From Candidatus Micrarchaeia archaeon (GTDB lineage: Archaea > Micrarchaeota > Micrarchaeia > Micrarchaeales > CABMGC01): a stretch of DNA of 45,542 bases. The stretch is from assembly GCA_049966915.1 (NCBI GenBank), contig JBMFTS010000002.1:1-45542 (forward strand), read 5' to 3'. Of the stretch, positions 40,094 to 45,542 are shown piece after piece (the first letter of the stretch is position 1; every line of letters begins with the position of its first letter). The notes beneath the pieces were generated by a model, which saw only the letters and a program-made list of their open reading frames with translations, was not told where the DNA came from and did no database searches. The translations under genes and the position numbers were made by a program.

Positions 40094-40123
40094 AGTGCCC
40101 CAATTCTTATTGCAAACACACGC

Positions 40124-40801
40124 TTATATCTTTTTCATAACTGCGAAGAGATGGAGCAACGAATACGGCGCGATGTCTATTGTTTCAAGCACTTCAAATT
40201 TTTCAGACACCGACTCGATGAATGCGTCATATACTTGCCTCGGCCTTTTGCTGCTGTCTATGCTCTGCGACTTTATGGCAACGTATGCATAGCCGCCTTT
40301 CTTTAGCAACTGGCTGTTTCTTAGCAGTATCTCCGCTTGCATTCTTGAAGACACGTCTTGGTAAAGCACATCGGTCTTGCCGGTGTCGTTTTTGTAGAAA
40401 TCGGGGTCAAGGGCATCGTGTAGTATGGGCAGCATGTTTGTGCGCTTCTCGCAAACCTTTATGAGTTCGCGCAGGCTCCTTTCGGCTATGTCTATGCAGT
40501 ACACCGCGCCCTCTTTTCCGACTATGTCGCTTACGTGGCTGCATGTCGTGCCAGTGGCTGCGCCCAAATACAGCACAGCGCTTCCAGGCGATATGTGAAA
40601 CTCCTTAAGCCCTTTTAGTATTGCTGCGGCAAGCTTGCTCCTGTATGGGTTCCATATCCTGTATTCTGTGCCTTTCACGCTGACAAGTTCTTCGCCGTAT
40701 ACTTTTGTGCCAGGCACAAAATTTACCGTGGCGAGCTTGCCGTCTACGCTGAAAACGCCTTCGAACAGTTTTTCCAATGACATGCACTTGCCCTTGTGCA
40801 T
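40124..40801 (-). CDS. flpA: Fibrillarin-like rRNA/tRNA 2'-O-methyltransferase
   Basis: VYGEELV...EYRIWNPYRSKLAAAILKGL and the SAM motif VLYLGAATGTTCSHVSDIV. No nop5 gene is adjacent. Confidence 0.92.
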   Translation of the reverse strand: MHKGKCMSLEKLFEGVFSVDGKLATVNFVPGTKVYGEELVSVKGTEYRIWNPYRSKLAAAILKGLKEFHISPGSAVLYLGAATGTTCSHVSDIVGKEGAVYCIDIAERSLRELIKVCEKRTNMLPILHDALDPDFYKNDTGKTDVLYQDVSSRMQAEILLRNSQLLKKGGYAYVAIKSQSIDSSKRPRQVYDAFIESVSEKFEVLETIDIAPYSLLHLFAVMKKI

Positions 40802-40855
40802 ATTCTATTTCACTGCTAACTTTTTATTTTTGCTATGCATATGCGTTAGCGGGCG

Positions 40856-43114
40856 TTGCCAGTGCAATTGACACTCGAGAACCTGCTTGCAGAAGCGTTT
40901 GAAGTGGTAGCCAATGCTAGCAACGCGGACGCGTTGTTGCAGAACTATGGCAAATTCCTGGAAACGAGGTTTGATGCCGACGCGGTTATGGTGCAAGACG
41001 TGTACACGAGCCAGAGGCAGACAAGCGAATTCCAAGAATTCATAATCAACACGCGCAAGCCCTATGTGGACAACAAGCTAAGCAGCTATTCAGCGTTTTC
41101 AGAGCTTGTCGGCTACTACAACAGAGGATACAAGAGCAGCATAACCTTGCCTGCAATAGCAGAATCGAAGCCTGTAGCTTTGCTCACGCTGCTTTCTAAG
41201 AGCGAAGAGAAGTTCGGCGAAGATGTGCAAAGGCTGCTCGTGCCGATGGCGCAGCTGCTTGGCTACGCCTTTGTTGCAAAAACAGAACGCGACAGGAGCG
41301 TAAGTCTTGCCAGATATTTCGACGCAGCTTTCAACTCGCGCATGCCACAGCTCATGCTTGGCAGTTCCGGCGCGATAGTAAAGGCGAACAAGGAGTTCAT
41401 GGAGCTGTTCGGCAAGACGCAAAAAGAGGTATACGGCAAACCCGTGACCGAGTTTTTTGACGTTTCAGGCCAAAGCCTCGGTGCTTTGTCAAACGGGTCG
41501 GTTCTCGAAGCAAGAGACAAGCAAGGCGGCAGGGTTTTCATGCTGTCCGGCAGCGCAGTAAGCGACAGCATAGTGCACGTGCTTGCGTATGACGCCACGC
41601 GACTCAAGGAACTCGAGGCGGAGCTTAAAATAGCAGAAGAATCGCAGCACGAGGCGTTCATGCTTTTGAACAGCAGCACAGGCATAATCTGGGCCAGCGC
41701 CAACACAGCTAAGATTTTTGGAATAGACGCGCAGGAGCTCGTTGGCAGAAAGCTCTCAGACCTGTCGCAGGACATAGACATCGCCAGCTGCAAGCAGCTG
41801 CCGTGCAGCATTGTTGCAAAAATAAGCACTGGCAACGGCAACACGGTCGAGGCAAAGTTGCTGTTTCAAAAAAGCTATTTCGGGTATTCGTGCGTGCTTG
41901 CCAACAGCAGCTTTGACAAATACGTTAGCAATGTGCAGAACTATATTAGAAACATAGCCGAGGTTTCGGCTGATGCCATAATAACTGTGGATTCGCTCGG
42001 CTATGTGGTGTCGGCTAACAAGAGCGCAGAGAAGCTCCTGGGCTACAAGCTTGCCGACATTTCCGGAAGCGCTCTTTCGTCGCTCTATTTTGACGACGAT
42101 TCGCAAAGGCTTTTGAGTTCTTCGCTTTCGCTGTCAAAGGAGCGCGGCCTTGTCGGCAGCGCGTTCGTTAATTTGCGCACAAGGACCGGGGAAGCCCTGC
42201 CGTGCGAGCAGAGCGTGCTGAGGCTTGTAGATGAAAGCAACAGCACAACAGGATACATGCTGATCTACAAGGAGCTTGCAACAAAGCGCCTTGTCGAAAC
42301 GCTGCAGGACGACCTTGACAAGGCAAACAGGCAGGCGTCAAACTACAAGGCGGAGAGTGACCTCAAGACCCAGTTCATCTACAACATCTCGCACGACCTC
42401 AAGACGCCGCTAACAAACATAAAGGGCTTCGCAAAGCTGCTTTACGAAGGTTCGTTCGGCGAGCTCAGTGCAGAGCAGAATGAGCACTTAAACATAATAA
42501 TAAGCGAGTCGGAAAGGCTGATGCAGCTCATACAGCAGATCCTGGACGTGGCAAAGCTGTCTTCGGGCAAGATAAAGCTCGACCTGCAGAAGATACGGTT
42601 TGAGGAACTTGGCAACAACCCGAGCATAAAATCGCTCGCGGAGATGGCTCAGAAGAAGGGCTTGGCGTTCGAATGGCATGTCGATTACAACGTGCCTGAG
42701 TTCATAGGCGACCCGAACAGGATAATTCAGGTGCTTGTAAACCTGATAGGCAACGCGGTGAAGTTTACCGAGCACGGCGGCATACGCGTCAGCGCCTTCA
42801 GGAAAGGGAAGAATGTCAGAGTGGAAGTTTCAGATACGGGCATAGGCATAAGCAAAGAAGACAAGGCGAAGCTTTTCAGGAAGTTTTACCAGCTGCAGCA
42901 CAAGGGGCTGACTAAGCAGGAGGGCTCCGGTACTGGTCTGGGCCTCGTGATAGCAAAGGAAATAGTGAATCTTCACGGGGGCAAAATAGGTGTTATTTCC
43001 GAGCCGGGCAAGGGCAGCACTTTTTGGTTTACGTTGCCGATATACGGCAAGAAGCACAAGGAAAAGCAGCAAAAAGGCGCAGAGCAAAGCCAGCAAGGCG
43101 AGCAGCAGCATTAG
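40856..43114 (+). CDS. Soluble multi-PAS/GAF sensor histidine kinase
   Basis: H-box FIYNISHDLKTPLTNIKGF. N/G boxes LIGNAVKFTEHGG, VSDTGIGI and GTGLGLVIAKEIV. Three PAS-like starts: KEVYGKPVTEFF, AQELVGRKLSDL and AEKLLGYKLADI. No TM helix. TTG start. Confidence 0.85.
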   Translation: MPVQLTLENLLAEAFEVVANASNADALLQNYGKFLETRFDADAVMVQDVYTSQRQTSEFQEFIINTRKPYVDNKLSSYSAFSELVGYYNRGYKSSITLPAIAESKPVALLTLLSKSEEKFGEDVQRLLVPMAQLLGYAFVAKTERDRSVSLARYFDAAFNSRMPQLMLGSSGAIVKANKEFMELFGKTQKEVYGKPVTEFFDVSGQSLGALSNGSVLEARDKQGGRVFMLSGSAVSDSIVHVLAYDATRLKELEAELKIAEESQHEAFMLLNSSTGIIWASANTAKIFGIDAQELVGRKLSDLSQDIDIASCKQLPCSIVAKISTGNGNTVEAKLLFQKSYFGYSCVLANSSFDKYVSNVQNYIRNIAEVSADAIITVDSLGYVVSANKSAEKLLGYKLADISGSALSSLYFDDDSQRLLSSSLSLSKERGLVGSAFVNLRTRTGEALPCEQSVLRLVDESNSTTGYMLIYKELATKRLVETLQDDLDKANRQASNYKAESDLKTQFIYNISHDLKTPLTNIKGFAKLLYEGSFGELSAEQNEHLNIIISESERLMQLIQQILDVAKLSSGKIKLDLQKIRFEELGNNPSIKSLAEMAQKKGLAFEWHVDYNVPEFIGDPNRIIQVLVNLIGNAVKFTEHGGIRVSAFRKGKNVRVEVSDTGIGISKEDKAKLFRKFYQLQHKGLTKQEGSGTGLGLVIAKEIVNLHGGKIGVISEPGKGSTFWFTLPIYGKKHKEKQQKGAEQSQQGEQQH

Positions 43115-43148
43115 CAGCAATTGCTTCGTACTGCTTGTGCTGACTGTA

Positions 43149-43745
43149 CTACTCGTTGGCTTGGCTTTTCAAAAATTCAGCAATTTTTGCGACAAATGCT
43201 TCGGGCTTGTCAAGGTAGCAAGCATGACCCGCGCCTTCCAGTATTGCGGTTAGAGCGCCAACGCTCTCGAATCTAGACACCCCGTCATCGGGATCGGATA
43301 TTTTGTCCTCGCTTCCCCACACGCCGAGCATAGGCACGTTTATTTTTTCCAAGTTTATTGAATCTAGGCCTACAGGTCCTACTGCAATTACTGCCTTTAT
43401 CGAATTGGCATTTTGCTCGGCGAACTTCAGCGCAAGATGACCGCTTGCGCTCGCGCCAAGCAACACTGGCCGTTTTTGTATTCTGTTTTTTATTAGCGCT
43501 TCAATCATGTCAAGCATCGCGCTTTCCGGCATGCGCTCCTTGTTTCTGCTATTGGGAAAGCCAGGCACGTCCAATGCAAAAGAAGCGTAGCCAATGCTTT
43601 TCAAAAATCTGACAAAGCCGAAGCGATCCCAGACGCTAGACTCGAAGCTATAGCCGTGCATCAGCAGAATCTTGTTGGCCTGCTCGGCGTCTGACTCGAA
43701 ATAAATTACGCGCTTGCCTTTGAAATCAAAACCCATCTGCTCCAT
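43149..43745 (-). CDS. Alpha/beta-fold hydrolase
   Basis: LLMHGYSF oxyanion region, nucleophile elbow GASASG, and a late GAGHACYLD His motif. Met19 (43745) is preferred because the longer ORF overlaps aIF1A by 50 nt. Confidence 0.75.
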   Translation of the reverse strand: MEQMGFDFKGKRVIYFESDAEQANKILLMHGYSFESSVWDRFGFVRFLKSIGYASFALDVPGFPNSRNKERMPESAMLDMIEALIKNRIQKRPVLLGASASGHLALKFAEQNANSIKAVIAVGPVGLDSINLEKINVPMLGVWGSEDKISDPDDGVSRFESVGALTAILEGAGHACYLDKPEAFVAKIAEFLKSQANE

Positions 43746-43749
43746 GCGC

Positions 43750-44055
43750 TCATTCCGGCAGGCTGTAGCCGCTTGCCTTAAGCCTTTCCTTGTCGCCAAG
43801 GCTGTAGCGCCAGACTATGTCGCCGCGCTCGCTGCTCTGCACAACCCACGGCTTTACCATTACTATGTCGCCTTCCTTTATCCAGAACCTTCTTTTGAGC
43901 CTGCCAGGTATGCTGCACAGTCTTTCGAACCCATCGGAGCACTTTACCCTGAATTTGGAAGCCCCCAGCGCCTGCGACACTACTCCAACGACCTCGCCGC
44001 TTTGCGGCAGTTTCAGTGCACTTTCCTGTTCTACAGGCGCGTTGTTTTTGCCCAT
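43750..44055 (-). CDS. eif1A: Translation initiation factor aIF1A
   Basis: GEVVGVVSQALGASKFRVKCSDGFERLCSIPGRLKRRFWIKEGDIVMVKPW is the S1-like OB fold typical of a/eIF1A. Confidence 0.92.
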   Translation of the reverse strand: MGKNNAPVEQESALKLPQSGEVVGVVSQALGASKFRVKCSDGFERLCSIPGRLKRRFWIKEGDIVMVKPWVVQSSERGDIVWRYSLGDKERLKASGYSLPE

Positions 44056-44071
44056 TTAATTACCTAGCACT

Positions 44072-44527
44072 CTACAACTCTTTTACGGTGTACCTTGCCC
44101 CGCAAGCTTCGCACACTATGACTTCATATCCGCGTTCTGTGCTTTCTATGTGCGTGTCAGGCTTGTGGCACTCCTTGCATATTACATACGTCTCGAAATA
44201 TTTTTTCAGCTTGTCGTTCAGCACATTAGGCTGGAACTTTGCGTTTATCACAAGCGTTTGGCCGTCTATGCTTGCCGGCGTGCCCAGCTCCTTTACGAAG
44301 AATCTCTCTATAAGCTCTGGCTTTCTCCTTGCTATGCTTGCTATCTGCGAAAAATTTCTTATGATGGTCTTCGTGCCTTGCACCATGGAGTCGACGCTTG
44401 GTATGGCAAAGTCCGCAGTTGCGGCGTTGGTGCTATTGGGCAATGAGGCGAACGCCCTGTCGAGCAGCCTTTCGTATTTGGCTTCTATTTCGTCCATGTT
44501 GTTTCCTTGTTGTTCTTGCATTTGCAT
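44072..44527 (-). CDS. eif2b: Translation initiation factor aIF2 beta subunit
   Basis: C-terminal Zn ribbon CKECHKPDT...VCEACGA, and the conserved central FVKELGT...LVINAKF segment. Confidence 0.88.
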   Translation of the reverse strand: MQMQEQQGNNMDEIEAKYERLLDRAFASLPNSTNAATADFAIPSVDSMVQGTKTIIRNFSQIASIARRKPELIERFFVKELGTPASIDGQTLVINAKFQPNVLNDKLKKYFETYVICKECHKPDTHIESTERGYEVIVCEACGARYTVKEL

Positions 44528-44576
44528 ACTATTTTGTAAAGAAAACCTTATTAATAAACTGCTTGCTTAATTTATT

Positions 44577-44870
44577 GCAGCAGAGGGCGGGAAGCTCAGG
44601 GTTTCCCTAAGTCGCAAATCCCTGCATGGCGAGCCTCATGCGTGCGGAGTGCCACGTGTTCATGCAAAGCCTATGTGAAGGCGTTGAAGTCCTGCCTTTG
44701 GCGGTGGCTTTATATGCAAACCGGGCCAGGCCGGAAGGAGCAACCCTAAGTATACAGCGGCGCAATGCATTTGCGCTGCGTACAAAGAGCCATGCTCCAA
44801 AGATACAGGTCAGAGCCGTAGCATAGCAAACTTTGCATGTTGCCATGGTGCAGTGCACGCTTCTGCTGCG
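44577..44870 (+). ncRNA. Signal recognition particle 7S RNA
   Basis: Helix 8 signature aaccgggccaggccggaaggagcaaccc on the plus strand. Terminal pairing of gcagcaga (44577-44584) with tctgctgc (44862-44869). About 294 nt, the typical archaeal size. An AT-rich box (attaataaa) lies about 25 nt upstream. Confidence 0.85.
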
Positions 44871-44871
44871 T

Positions 44872-44955
44872 GCTGGGTTAGCCTAGTGGTAGGGCGGCAG
44901 CCTGCTAAGCTGTTTGGCCGAAAGGCCTTCGCGAGTTCGATTCTCGCACCCAGCG
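44872..44955 (+). tRNA. tRNA-Ser(GCU): tRNA-Ser (anticodon GCU), class II with a long variable arm
   Basis: Acceptor stem GCUGGGU/ACCCAGC, D arm GCCU-AGUGGUA-GGGC, and anticodon stem GCAGC/GCUGU with loop CUGCUAA. Variable arm UUGGCCGAAAGGCCUUC, T arm GCGAG-UUCGAUU-CUCGC, discriminator G. Confidence 0.9.
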
Positions 44956-45069
44956 TTTCAAAAATCACCGCTACTCGTATCGTTGAAAAGCAAAAAAAGC
45001 AAATTGGCGAATTGCCAAACTAAAACAACGCTCCGCTAACCCATAGGCACTATCAAAAGCAATTTCTGA

Positions 45070-45393
45070 TTACTGCGCTTCTTCGGTATCCGAAGAGTCC
45101 GCGTCGCTAGACTCGGGCTTAGATGCCGCAGCCGCTGCACCAGATACGGGTTCGCCTATTGCGAACTTCGTGCGCACTTCGACGATCTTCACAGTCAGCT
45201 TGTCACCAGGCTTTGTGCCTTTTACAAAGACAACAAATCCGTTGACCTTTGCGAGGCCGTCTCCGCGCGATGCTGTGCCTTCTATAGTTACTTCAACTAC
45301 GTCTCCTACTTTTACGGGTTTTGGCAAGAAATAGTTGGGGTTTAGTCCTCTTCTTTCTCCGCCAAATCCACCAGGTCTGTCTTCTCTCATCAA
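45070..45393 (-). CDS. TRAM-domain RNA-binding protein
   Basis: PVKVGDVVEVTIEGTASRGDGLAKVNGFVVFVKGTKPGDKLTVKIVEVRTKFAIGEPV is a complete TRAM OB-like domain. The C-terminal tail is acidic. Confidence 0.85.
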   Translation of the reverse strand: MMREDRPGGFGGERRGLNPNYFLPKPVKVGDVVEVTIEGTASRGDGLAKVNGFVVFVKGTKPGDKLTVKIVEVRTKFAIGEPVSGAAAAASKPESSDADSSDTEEAQ

Positions 45394-45542
45394 ATTTCCT
45401 TCTGTATTTTCTGTTAATTATTATTCCGATAGTATTTAAAGCTTTGCGTTGGGGTTGCCCCAATAGTTGGCTCTGTCATAATATTCGGTTGATCAATGAC
45501 GTCAAATAAAAATAGGCACTTTTTGTTGCCTGCTCTATCAAG

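Overview
This is an archaeal chromosomal segment. All calls come from reading the sequence and ORF track by eye; no searches were run. Archaeal markers: aIF1A, aIF2-beta, fibrillarin, CDP-archaeol synthase, archaeal-type AlaRS, Dpo4-like polymerase and a 7S SRP RNA. Tight gene packing and a 23S rRNA gene with no linked 16S or 5S suggest a small-genome lineage such as DPANN, but that is inference only.

Core content:
- a lipid-carrier gene trio: a dolichol-kinase-like gene cut by the left edge, a DUF2070-like protein and UppS
- a stand-alone 23S rRNA flanked by a 16-bp processing stem
- alaS, carS, ppdK, trxB, dinB, AMMECR1, flpA, a soluble PAS histidine kinase, RNase HI, a phosphoesterase, DUF763 and an MBL nuclease
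- tRNA-Cys(GCA), and an SRP RNA abutting tRNA-Ser(GCU)

The main finding is a two-part locus of about 21 kb (6.7-28.0 kb).
- Plus-strand half: a tightly coupled operon of seven polytopic membrane proteins. Six are paralogs sharing an invariant R-x5-R-x2-GG-x13-P motif and a common C-terminal tail. The operon ends in a stand-alone Cas4-like nuclease.
- Minus-strand half: a class III (type IV pilin-like) signal-peptide protein, a Thr-rich glycoprotein, two paralogous 2-TM proteins, a VirB4/HerA-like ATPase, a free-standing copy of the ATPase tail, a Zn-ribbon/2-TM protein, a coiled-coil wHTH protein and a 779-aa bitopic glycoprotein.

No PilB/PilC, VirD4, relaxase or integrase is visible. I propose this is an undescribed envelope-spanning transfer or attachment machine, distantly analogous to Ced/Ted or type IV secretion systems.
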